A stretch of DNA of 64,000 bases from Ferruginibacter sp. (GTDB lineage: Bacteria; Bacteroidota; Bacteroidia; Chitinophagales; Chitinophagaceae): contig OZ251999.1 of assembly GCA_965247085.1 (NCBI GenBank), positions 4,608,859-4,672,858 on the forward strand. The letters are read 5' to 3'. A model generated the notes under the pieces. The model was not told the origin of the DNA. It was given only the letters and a program-made list of their open reading frames with translations, and did not search any database. Numbering within the stretch: position 1 is the stretch's first letter; the number at the start of each line of letters is the position of its first letter. Made by a program: the position numbers and the translations under genes. Positions 27,784 through 36,076 of the stretch are shown here, one piece after another.

Positions 27784-28752
27784 TTAATTGCAGGAGTTGG
27801 GGCAAAGCTCCCCATGATTAAATCCATTATCATCAAACATTATTTTGAATTTACCATTTTTCATAAAACTATTTGGAATAATTTTCCAATTGTCTGTATG
27901 ACCACCTGGAATAAAAGTAGTGGGTACAATAATAAAAGTACTCTGGTTAAGGTAGGCTTGGGTGTGGTTCGTATTAGTTGAAGAGTCTTTATAGGCCCCG
28001 GCATAAATACTTATTCCATTAAGTCTGTTTGCAGGAGTTTTCAAAAATTCAGATAAGATTAATATAGCGCAACGGTTGAACCAAACTGCTTTTGAAAGGG
28101 AATCGCGGTTTGCCATACCCCCTGATGCAGGTTTTTGTCTGTATTCCTTTTCAAATGATGTACCCATAGGCCCCAGGATTCTAAAGTCTACACTATTACG
28201 TGGGTTTGCTGCATCAGAATGTATAAAATTTTTGAAAGAAGGGTTTGCTCCGGCAGGAATCATTATCTCCTGACTCCATTTATCTTCGTGCCCCTTATTG
28301 GAACTGGAACTCACCCTGGGTGAAGTTGGACATAATATTATTGTTGCAGTTTTTTTAGCATCTCCCTGTGTTCCAAAATGTACCCTAATCCCGTCATAAT
28401 CCGGATATCTTACAAGTACATCAGCCATAGATACTACTACTACCGAGTCTACCCAAAAACTGTCAACTAAAGCTAAATTAGGTTTGGCTGAGCCAAATCC
28501 ACGATAAACAGTATCAAAATGCTTCATTAAACTTTCAGCGACCGATCGCTTAATTACAATTGAGCCAAGGCTTTCATTACAGTTTTCCCAAATGGAATCT
28601 GCATTAATATTGTTATCAATTGGATCCATTGCTTCCGTAGACATGGTAATGGGTTCACTAGTTTTTTTGCCGCTATCATTAGCATTACATGCAATAAGCA
28701 AGAAAGAAACAATGGAAAAACAAAAGGGGTAAAAAACATATTTGATTTGCAT
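27784..28752 (-). CDS. Lipoprotein with two copies of the CPxxC-terminated domain, cassette B
   Basis: Lipobox-like FLLIAC. Internal repeats GIRVHFG...TIILCPT and ISIYAGAY...TFIIVPT parallel VRAYLAMG...KIILVPV of 25094..25462. The C-terminus is GELCPNSCN. Confidence 0.65.
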   Translation of the reverse strand: MQIKYVFYPFCFSIVSFLLIACNANDSGKKTSEPITMSTEAMDPIDNNINADSIWENCNESLGSIVIKRSVAESLMKHFDTVYRGFGSAKPNLALVDSFWVDSVVVVSMADVLVRYPDYDGIRVHFGTQGDAKKTATIILCPTSPRVSSSSNKGHEDKWSQEIMIPAGANPSFKNFIHSDAANPRNSVDFRILGPMGTSFEKEYRQKPASGGMANRDSLSKAVWFNRCAILILSEFLKTPANRLNGISIYAGAYKDSSTNTNHTQAYLNQSTFIIVPTTFIPGGHTDNWKIIPNSFMKNGKFKIMFDDNGFNHGELCPNSCN

Positions 28753-28940
28753 AAAATAATTTTTGGTTCGATAATTTTATTAGACCACTAAAGTCAGCAA
28801 TACTTCCCATATACGCAATAGTCTTTACACTTTTTTGTTACCGTGTTTTCACCTTTTAGTTTAAGGTTATTGTACTGATAGTTTAGAATTTGCATTTATA
28901 ATATTTGCGGTATCATCTTTTATAATCAAAACCATAATAA

Positions 28941-30311
28941 ATGAAAAAGATACTGCTTTCTATTGTCTTTTTAACTGTGTTACATGCTTTAAAAGCCCAA
29001 ACCAAAGACAAATCCGATACTGCAAACAAATTAATTATTAATATTGATTACCACACGGGGAAGATAACACATACGTTACAGCCTAAAAACACTTCTAAAA
29101 GAATTCGCCCCAAGGTGGGTTCGTACATTACTATTAATGTTGCAAACCTGCCACCTGGATTTACTGCAAGCGGCGAAGTAGAATTTGAAAATGGTAATAT
29201 TGAAGGCGCCGGCGTTTTTAATAGTTTTTTTAAACCAGAGCAAACGGGTACAACCGCCCCTGATAAATCTGAGGATAAAAATATCGATACCGCCGCAGAG
29301 AAGAAGGCTATTCAGGAAGAAATTATAGTAGCTGCTGCAGTGGTGGATGCCGAAAGCCAGGCGGCTATTGATAATTTATTCAAGGAAAGTAATTCAAAAA
29401 CAAGAATTAATATTAATAATCTTGTAAAGAGCCTGGAAATTGGAGATGTAAATAATTTATTGAAAGACAAGGGTATTATTAACGATCCTCTTTTTTTAAA
29501 GCCTGAAAATAAAGACAAGCTTGCAAAAGCAAAAATAGATTATTACAATCAACAAAGGCTTATTAAAATTGCGTATGATAACCTTAACAGGAAACTTGCT
29601 TTAAAGGATAGTATTATTTTAATTGCACTAAATAAAAAAGATTCATTAGTTACTGCCAAAGCAGAATCTATTGTGCCAAAGAAGGATAACCTTCCTATTT
29701 TTGATATTCAGGTACCCAACAGTGATATAGCCAGTATAAAAGTAGTAATCAAAAAAGACAAAGAGAAAATTGTTAATCAAATACCACTGAGTTTTTATAA
29801 TAAAGCAGGCTATAAGATTGATTTTAGTACTGGTTTTTTTTATACAGGTCTGCAGGATGCAGAGTATAAAGCGGTAAATAAGCTAAGTAGCACTGGCCCT
29901 TTTACAGGTATAGATTCTGTATATCAAATAAAACAAAAACAAAATGGCAAGGGTAAAATTGCTATTGGGTTACTGGCACATTATTATACAAGATGGTTTA
30001 AATACTTTAACCTGGCTGCATCTGGTGGATTTAGCTATCAGGCCGATAACAGGATAATTAATTTTATGCTGGGCACATCAGCCTTGTTTGGAAGCCAGCA
30101 GCGTTTTATATTATCTTTTGGTACTGCATTTGGAAAGGTAAAAGAATTAGACACCAATTTTTTCACAACGGATAAGGATTATCATAAATCAATTGTAAAC
30201 GATAAAACTGAACTGCCCATAACGGAACGGCTTAAAACTTCACTTTTTTTTGGAGTGTCGTATAACTTGGGAACAATAAATAACTCAAAATCGGTAAAGA
30301 GGAGTTTCTAA
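28941..30311 (+). CDS. Secreted hypothetical protein, possible outer-membrane beta-barrel C-terminal half
   Basis: Signal peptide MKKILLSIVFLTVLHALKAQ, a Lys/Asp-rich middle region, and a C-terminal ~170 aa with alternating aromatic/Gly strands (GYKIDFSTGFFYTG, FGVSYNLG). Confidence 0.55.
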   Translation: MKKILLSIVFLTVLHALKAQTKDKSDTANKLIINIDYHTGKITHTLQPKNTSKRIRPKVGSYITINVANLPPGFTASGEVEFENGNIEGAGVFNSFFKPEQTGTTAPDKSEDKNIDTAAEKKAIQEEIIVAAAVVDAESQAAIDNLFKESNSKTRININNLVKSLEIGDVNNLLKDKGIINDPLFLKPENKDKLAKAKIDYYNQQRLIKIAYDNLNRKLALKDSIILIALNKKDSLVTAKAESIVPKKDNLPIFDIQVPNSDIASIKVVIKKDKEKIVNQIPLSFYNKAGYKIDFSTGFFYTGLQDAEYKAVNKLSSTGPFTGIDSVYQIKQKQNGKGKIAIGLLAHYYTRWFKYFNLAASGGFSYQADNRIINFMLGTSALFGSQQRFILSFGTAFGKVKELDTNFFTTDKDYHKSIVNDKTELPITERLKTSLFFGVSYNLGTINNSKSVKRSF

Positions 30312-30336
30312 TTATATAAAACGATCATTAGTCATG

Positions 30337-30365
30337 TGCCGGCACTTTTAAAAAGTGCCGGCACT
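30337..30365 (+). terminator. Hairpin formed by two copies of the self-complementary decamer GTGCCGGCAC
   Basis: GTGCCGGCAC-ttttaaaaa-GTGCCGGCAC lies 26 nt after the stop of 28941..30311 and just beyond the truncated MmeI-like fragment on the other strand. Confidence 0.55.
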
Positions 30366-30398
30366 GTAATGAAAGAAGGGAGAATTTTAAATATTTAT

Positions 30399-30617
30399 TT
30401 ATATCACACCTTTCCACAACAGGTCAATATAGCCATCGGCATTGTTCAGCTTTTTTACTTTATGTTCAAAAGTGCCAATCTTGCGGCGGCTGATGTCGAA
30501 CACGTTAAAAAAAGCATCTAAAAAAGGTTTGGCATCGGCTTCTTCCCGAACGGTATTTTGCCACTCTTTACTAAATGTGGTAGCTCTTGCTTTTATTTCG
30601 TTCCAGCTTAAGGGCAT
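30399..30617 (-). pseudogene. N-terminal remnant of an MmeI-family (type IIL) restriction-modification / DNA methyltransferase gene
   Basis: The 72-aa ORF MPLSWNEIKARATTFSKEWQ...DAKPFLDAFFNVFDISRRKIGTFEHKVKK...GYIDLLWKGVI matches the characteristic N-terminus of the ~900-aa MmeI-like enzymes as I recall it. The reading frame then stops and no methyltransferase domain follows. Confidence 0.65.
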
Positions 30618-30953
30618 GGGTAATGTATAAATTAAGATGACAAATTAATTAAATATCGGCACTTGGCAAGCCGTATATTCAGCACTGCCTATATAAAATA
30701 TGTTCTATCCCTTCTTTTACCCAAATTTTCTTTATATTGTATTTCAAAATTCCAACCTTAGAAATTACTGCACGGTCATTCTTCTTTCCTGTTCAAGCAT
30801 ACGAAATTTTCTGCCTGTTACCAGCCCTTACAACTTAGGTGTTTTAACGGTTGATTGATACCAAAGCTTATTACAGCTTTGTACGTTATTAGTATTTAAA
30901 TATTTTAAGTAGCCTGCCGAACACAGGTTTTACAAAACAAACCACTTATTATT

Positions 30954-31901
30954 ATGTCACGTCAGTCAATTATTGCAGCTGCTGCTGCCGAAAACGGTAC
31001 TAAAGAATCGCCTGCCAATTCCAACAAAACAAAATACGGCCAATGGTATGGGCTGGATGGGGTAAAGTGGTGCGCCATCTTTGTTAGTTATGTATACTAC
31101 AAAGCAGGTCATCCGCTGGAGGCTATAGACAAACCAAAGGGTTACCAGTCTTGCCAGTCGGGTTTTAATTTTTGGAAAAGGAATCAACGCATCGTAACCA
31201 ACCCGCAGCCCGGCGACATTGTGTTATACGACTGGACGGGAGATGGGGTATGCGATCATACCGGCATTTTTGTTGCCTGGGCAGATGCTTCCAAAACCAG
31301 CTTCCAGGCCTGGGAAGGTAATACCGCACAGGGTAACGACAGTGATGGCGGGCAGGTAATGTTACGTACCCGTAACCGCAGTACTGTAAAAGCCTTTGTT
31401 ACACCCCTGGCTTTAAACAACAGCACTGCAGTAACCACCGCTGCTGCCGACATTATAAAAAAAGGACAGAGCGGGGCAACGGTAACTGTATTGCAGCGCT
31501 TATTGCACAGCCTGAATTATACAGTAAGGGTAGATGGAGAATTTGGAGAGGAAACCGCCACTGCAGTTAAAGCATTTCAACAACAACATCAGCTGCAGCA
31601 AACTGGTACGGTTACGCCCGAACTGATGGGTGCTATTGAAGAAGCAGCAGCCATGCCCAATGTGCCCGAGAAAAGATTTACCAGTGGCTCTTTTATACGA
31701 AAAGGCGACAGTGGTAGTGTGGTGGTGGCCATTCAGCAGTCACTGAACGCAAAAGGTGCCAGACCTAAAATTGATGAAGATGGTGTATTTGGTCCCGGTA
31801 CCACTGTGGCTGTAAAGGCCTTTCAGAAAAAGAAGCGGCTGGTGGCAGATGGTATTGTAGGGCCCGCCACATTACAGGCCCTGGGTATTAGCAACCTGTA
31901 A
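30954..31901 (+). CDS. CHAP-domain peptidoglycan hydrolase with two PG_binding_1-like repeats, no signal peptide
   Basis: CHAP Cys context GVKWCAIFVSYVY and His context CDHTGIFV. Two repeats follow: GATVTVLQRLLHSLNY..VDGEFGEETATAVKAFQ and GSVVVAIQQSLNAKG..EDGVFGPGTTVAVKAFQ. Confidence 0.85.
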   Translation: MSRQSIIAAAAAENGTKESPANSNKTKYGQWYGLDGVKWCAIFVSYVYYKAGHPLEAIDKPKGYQSCQSGFNFWKRNQRIVTNPQPGDIVLYDWTGDGVCDHTGIFVAWADASKTSFQAWEGNTAQGNDSDGGQVMLRTRNRSTVKAFVTPLALNNSTAVTTAAADIIKKGQSGATVTVLQRLLHSLNYTVRVDGEFGEETATAVKAFQQQHQLQQTGTVTPELMGAIEEAAAMPNVPEKRFTSGSFIRKGDSGSVVVAIQQSLNAKGARPKIDEDGVFGPGTTVAVKAFQKKKRLVADGIVGPATLQALGISNL

Positions 31902-32105
31902 TGACGAATTTTCCGTTAAACCTGTGTATTAATATATGTAATGCGGTAAAACAATGAGCCAGTTGCAACCATTGGTTCCCTTATGTTGCTGGCAGCCGGC
32001 AATTATTATGTTACCGTATTTACTTCAGCTGGCAAACAAACCAAATCATTCACCAGGCAATTGCCTGGAATAAAGGGGTAGTTTTTCTTCGTGCTTGAAC
32101 AATTC

Positions 32106-32132
32106 GCCGGGCCTTACCAACCCGGCATTTTT
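32106..32132 (+). terminator. Rho-independent terminator after the CHAP gene
   Basis: GCCGGG-ccttaccaa-CCCGGC followed by ATTTTT. Confidence 0.55.
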
Positions 32133-32380
32133 ATGCAATTTCCGCTAAGGGCAGGCTTTTTAGCCCATCAGTAAAATTTTAGGTCAAAAATTTTACTGAA
32201 AATCAATTGTTTATAAAGGGGCAGGTGAAAATACTTTCGTTTTTCTTTGGAAAATCACCCTGTTGCGGCTTACCTTCGCCGTCCCAAAAAAAGCGTATGC
32301 TTTATGGGAGCCGGGGGATGGCCCGGTTTATTTCTAAACTGTTTCGCGGAACTGTTTCCGATGAAGCTAAAAACAAAAAA

Positions 32381-32824
32381 ATGAGCAAATTACATTTCAC
32401 CACAAAGCATGCGAACGAGGCTACCGTTACACACAACTGGTACGTTGTGGATGGTACTAATCAAACCGTGGGCCGCATGTGTTCAAAAATTGCAGCTGTA
32501 CTCAGGGGCAAAAACAAAGCGTATTATACCCCTCACGTAGATTGCGGCGATTTCATCATCGTGATCAACTGCGAAAAAGTTAAATTAACCGGTAACAAAA
32601 TGGACGAAAAAATTTACGACCATTTTACAGGATATCCTGGTGGCCGTAAAGAAGAAGTAGCGAAAGACCTGCAAAAACGCAGACCTGAAGTACTGATTGA
32701 AAGAGCCGTTAAAGGTATGTTGCCTAAAAACCGTTTGGGCCGCCAGTTGTACAAAAAATTATTTGTATACGCAGGTGCCGCACATCCGCATGGTGCACAA
32801 CAACCAAAAGAATTAAAATTTTAA
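32381..32824 (+). CDS. rplM: 50S ribosomal protein L13
   Basis: MSKLHFTTKHANEATVTHNWYVVDG...GYPGG..., a typical L13. The start is set at the ATG at 32381; the ORF track start at 32207 adds 58 non-L13 residues. Confidence 0.95.
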   Translation: MSKLHFTTKHANEATVTHNWYVVDGTNQTVGRMCSKIAAVLRGKNKAYYTPHVDCGDFIIVINCEKVKLTGNKMDEKIYDHFTGYPGGRKEEVAKDLQKRRPEVLIERAVKGMLPKNRLGRQLYKKLFVYAGAAHPHGAQQPKELKF

Positions 32825-32843
32825 ATTCCAAATTAAAACATAA

Positions 32844-33233
32844 ATGGAAAAGCAAAAAAATACTGTTGGCCGTAGAAAAGAAGCTGTAACCCGGGTTTTC
32901 CTTAGCAAAGGAGAAGGGAAGATCACTATCAACGGCAAAGATTACAAAGCGTACTTCCCGTTAGTGTACCTGCAAAACCAGGTAGAAGCACCTTTTAAAA
33001 CCATTGAAGCAACTGATAAATTCGATGTGGTAATTAATGCTACCGGTGGTGGCGTTAAAGGCCAGGCCGAAGCTGCAAAGCTGGGAATTTCCCGTGCTTT
33101 GCTGGAAGTTAGCATCGACTACCGTCCGGCTTTAAAAGCTGCCGGTTTGTTAAAACGCGATCCACGTTCTGTTGAGCGTAAAAAACCAGGTCGCAAAAAA
33201 GCAAGAAGAAGCTACCAGTTCAGCAAACGTTAA
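32844..33233 (+). CDS. rpsI: 30S ribosomal protein S9
   Basis: GRRKEAVTRVFL...GGG.KGQAEA...ISRAL...KRDPRSVERKKPGRKKARRSYQFSKR, the canonical S9 C-terminus. Confidence 0.95.
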   Translation: MEKQKNTVGRRKEAVTRVFLSKGEGKITINGKDYKAYFPLVYLQNQVEAPFKTIEATDKFDVVINATGGGVKGQAEAAKLGISRALLEVSIDYRPALKAAGLLKRDPRSVERKKPGRKKARRSYQFSKR

Positions 33234-33244
33234 TACAAGATATT

Positions 33245-33294
33245 GGATACTGGATACGAGATACTGGATCATCCAGCATCCAGTATCCAGCATC
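33245..33294. repeat. Imperfect ~22-bp-arm inverted repeat built from short GGATAC/TGGAT tandem units
   Basis: GGATACTGGATACGAGATACTGGATC / ATCCAGCATCCAGTATCCAGCATC is centred on TGGATCATCCA and lies between rpsI and rpsB. Confidence 0.5.
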
Positions 33295-33339
33295 TGGTTT
33301 CAGCATCAATATTCATTATAACAACATCAATAAGATACA

Positions 33340-34248
33340 ATGGAAAATAATACTTCCTTACAACAGCAGTTACTTGAAGCAGGTGTACACTTTGGCCATT
33401 TAAAAAAGAAGTGGAATCCTAAAATGTTGCCTTACATCTTTGCAGAAAAGAAAGGTATTCACATTATTGACCTGAACAAAACTGTTGAAGGGTTACAGGA
33501 ATCTGCAGCTGCTTTAAAAGCAATTGCACGCAGCGGCAAAAAGATCATGTTTGTTGCTACTAAAAAGCAGGCTAAAGAAATTGTTAGCGAATGCGCTAAA
33601 AGAGTAAACATGCCATACGTAACAGAACGTTGGTTAGGTGGTATGTTAACCAACTTCAACACTGTTCGTAAAAGCGTTAAAAAAATGCAGAGCATTGAAA
33701 AAATGCTGAACGACGGCAGTGCAGAAAGCCTGACTAAAAAAGAACGTTTAACCTTAACCCGCGATAAAGAAAAACTGGAAAAAGTACTGGGCGGTATTGC
33801 ACAGATCAGCCGCGTACCGGCAGCTTTATTTTTAGTGGATATCGGGCACGAACATATCGCTATGGCAGAAGCCAAAAAATTAGGCATCAGCACTTTTGGT
33901 ATGGTAGATACCAACTGCGATCCTAATAAAGTTGACTTTGCGATTCCTTCTAATGATGACGCAACTAAATCAATCTCTATTGTTGTTAACTACTTAATTG
34001 CAGCTATCAACGAAGGATTGCAGGAGCGCCAGGCCGATAAGGACAGCGATGATGATCATGGCGACAGCGATGAAACACCAGAAGCAAAAGCCGCAAGGTT
34101 TGAACAAAAAGCCGATGGTGGTGATGACAGAAACAAACGTGGTGGTGGAAGAGGTCCTGGTGGTCCGGGTGGTCAACCAAAACGCAGAGTAGCTGGTCCT
34201 GGTCAGGGTGGCAGAAGGCCGGCAGGTGGTCCTGGTGGAGCAAGATAA
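33340..34248 (+). CDS. rpsB: 30S ribosomal protein S2 with acidic plus Gly/Arg/Pro-rich C-terminal extension
   Basis: LLEAGVHFGH, ERWLGGMLTN and LFLVDIGHEHIAMAEAKKLGI are typical of S2. An extra ~70-aa tail starts near aa 231. Confidence 0.95.
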   Translation: MENNTSLQQQLLEAGVHFGHLKKKWNPKMLPYIFAEKKGIHIIDLNKTVEGLQESAAALKAIARSGKKIMFVATKKQAKEIVSECAKRVNMPYVTERWLGGMLTNFNTVRKSVKKMQSIEKMLNDGSAESLTKKERLTLTRDKEKLEKVLGGIAQISRVPAALFLVDIGHEHIAMAEAKKLGISTFGMVDTNCDPNKVDFAIPSNDDATKSISIVVNYLIAAINEGLQERQADKDSDDDHGDSDETPEAKAARFEQKADGGDDRNKRGGGRGPGGPGGQPKRRVAGPGQGGRRPAGGPGGAR

Positions 34249-34397
34249 TTGCAGCCCCGCCTATCCTCCCCGGTAGGGAGGGAAAAGGAGAAGATGAACG
34301 CGAAGATGATGTTTGGATGTAATGAGTGTATTCTAAATAAAAATACGCTGACTGATCTAAAACATTATTCATTATTAATTTTTAATTATTCATTACA

Positions 34398-35222
34398 ATG
34401 AGTGTTACTATAACAGCAGCAGACATTAATAAATTACGTCAAACTACCGGAGCCGGTATGTTAGACTGCCGTAAAGCTTTAACTGAAAGCAACGGCGATT
34501 TTGAAGCAGCTATTGACTGGTTGCGTAAACAGGGACAGAAAGTTGCGGCTAAGCGCAGCGACCGCGAGGCAAAAGAAGGTGTGGTAATTGCACAAACCAC
34601 TGCCGATAACAAAAGCGGTATTGTATTATGCATCAGCGCCGAAACTGATTTCGTTAGCAATAACGCAGATTTTGTTGCTTTTGTAAAATCTATTGCAGAT
34701 GCCGCCATCAGCAGCAATGTAAATACAGCAGAAGAGTTACTGCAGGTATCTATCGGCAGCGAAAAAGTGGCTGATATGATCAACGATAAATTAGCCGCTA
34801 TTGGCGAAAAGATCGGTATCACCCGTTTTGAAAGAGTAAATGCTGAATATGTAGCTTCTTATATACATGGTGCAAACCGTATGGGTGTACTGGTTGGTTT
34901 AAGCAAAGCAGCAGCAGAAGCTGGTAAAGATGTTGCCATGCAAATTGCTGCCATGAATCCTTTGGCAGTAGACGAATCATCTATTGCGCCTGAAACCATT
35001 GCAAGAGAAAGAGAGATCGCTATTGAGCAAATTAAAGCAGAAGGTAAACCAGCTGAAATGGCCGAAAAGATTGCAGTAGGTAAAGTAAACAAATTTTTAA
35101 AAGACAATACTTTAATTCATCAGCCTTTTGTAAAAGACAATGGTAAATCTGTTGCCGATTATTTAAAGAGCATCGATGCTGATTTGAAAGTAACAGAATT
35201 TAAAAGAGTTGCTTTAGGATAA
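34398..35222 (+). CDS. tsf: Elongation factor Ts
   Basis: The N-terminal UBA-like region is ITAADINKLRQTTGAGMLDCRKALTESNGDFEAAIDWLRKQG, with VAMQIAAMNP later in the protein. Confidence 0.95.
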   Translation: MSVTITAADINKLRQTTGAGMLDCRKALTESNGDFEAAIDWLRKQGQKVAAKRSDREAKEGVVIAQTTADNKSGIVLCISAETDFVSNNADFVAFVKSIADAAISSNVNTAEELLQVSIGSEKVADMINDKLAAIGEKIGITRFERVNAEYVASYIHGANRMGVLVGLSKAAAEAGKDVAMQIAAMNPLAVDESSIAPETIAREREIAIEQIKAEGKPAEMAEKIAVGKVNKFLKDNTLIHQPFVKDNGKSVADYLKSIDADLKVTEFKRVALG

Positions 35223-35244
35223 TACCGTAATTAAACTTCTATAA

Positions 35245-35279
35245 AAAAGGGTTGTTTCATTTGTTGAAACAACCCTTTT
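35245..35279. terminator. Bidirectional rho-independent terminator
   Basis: GGGTTGTTTCA-tttgt-TGAAACAACCC, an 11-bp stem with an A-run before and a T-run after, lies between convergent tsf and 35337..36020. Confidence 0.75.
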
Positions 35280-35336
35280 GATTTACCGGACAATAATTTA
35301 AATAAAATACCCAGCAGCCATGGTTATTGCGAAAAT

Positions 35337-36020
35337 TTATTTTGTTGCTGTTGTAATTTTTTTATTATAGTCTTCCAAAGCGGCATACAGCATTATAAGA
35401 AATGTTCCTTTTGTAATAACATTACTGCTGTATTTTTCTGTATTAAAATTTTCAATACCGAAAACAGTTTTTAAAAGCATTGCCATAGTTTTTCCATTGG
35501 CAGGCTTATCCACTTCCAGCAGCCCCTCTTTATTGGTTATGTCAATTCCATACCGCTCAATTAAAGACTGGGCATGCATATAATAACAATCGGTTTCTTT
35601 TAAATCAACTATCTGCAATGCGGAAGTAAAAAAATGCCTGTATATATCAAACTGCTGCGGCATAAGTTTGCTGTACAACTCCTCCCGTTTATCGTCTTTT
35701 AGTGGTACTGCTGCTTCATTCATTACCTCAGTCATTCTGTCTAAGGCAGTATTAAGCATAGGAATCACCATTGCTGTTGTCAATGTTAAAGATCCGCCGA
35801 GGTTTTTATTATCACAGGGAGCCAGATCAATGCCATACTTTTCTATAAGACCCGCTAATGCCGTATAATAAGTATCGGTTTTTTTTACATCTGCTACCTG
35901 GTTTATGTTTGTTGCAAACAATACTGCACAGGGCTGGCAAATTGGAGTATTGTTTTTTGGCACCTGAGCAAAGCCGGAACAGGCAACGGCAAGCAAAAAC
36001 CCAGTAACAATCTTTTTCAT
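35337..36020 (-). CDS. Secreted hypothetical protein with an internal two-fold repeat
   Basis: Signal peptide MKKIVTGFLLAVACSGFAQ. The block YYTALAGLIEKYGIDL is repeated as YYMHAQSLIERYGIDI. Confidence 0.55.
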   Translation of the reverse strand: MKKIVTGFLLAVACSGFAQVPKNNTPICQPCAVLFATNINQVADVKKTDTYYTALAGLIEKYGIDLAPCDNKNLGGSLTLTTAMVIPMLNTALDRMTEVMNEAAVPLKDDKREELYSKLMPQQFDIYRHFFTSALQIVDLKETDCYYMHAQSLIERYGIDITNKEGLLEVDKPANGKTMAMLLKTVFGIENFNTEKYSSNVITKGTFLIMLYAALEDYNKKITTATK

Positions 36021-36076
36021 ATTATTTTATGATGTTTAAAATTACTTAACAAAGTATAAAGATGTTTTGAATTTAA

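Noticed and set aside
32207-32380. A 58-codon N-terminal extension of rplM in the ORF track (start at 32207).
   Set aside because: The extension (MFIKGQVKILSFFFGKSPCC...) is not L13-like, whereas the canonical L13 N-terminus begins at the ATG at 32381. The upstream stretch is probably the 5' leader or promoter. I could not support a specific leader RNA structure beyond a short CCGGG/CCCGG hairpin.
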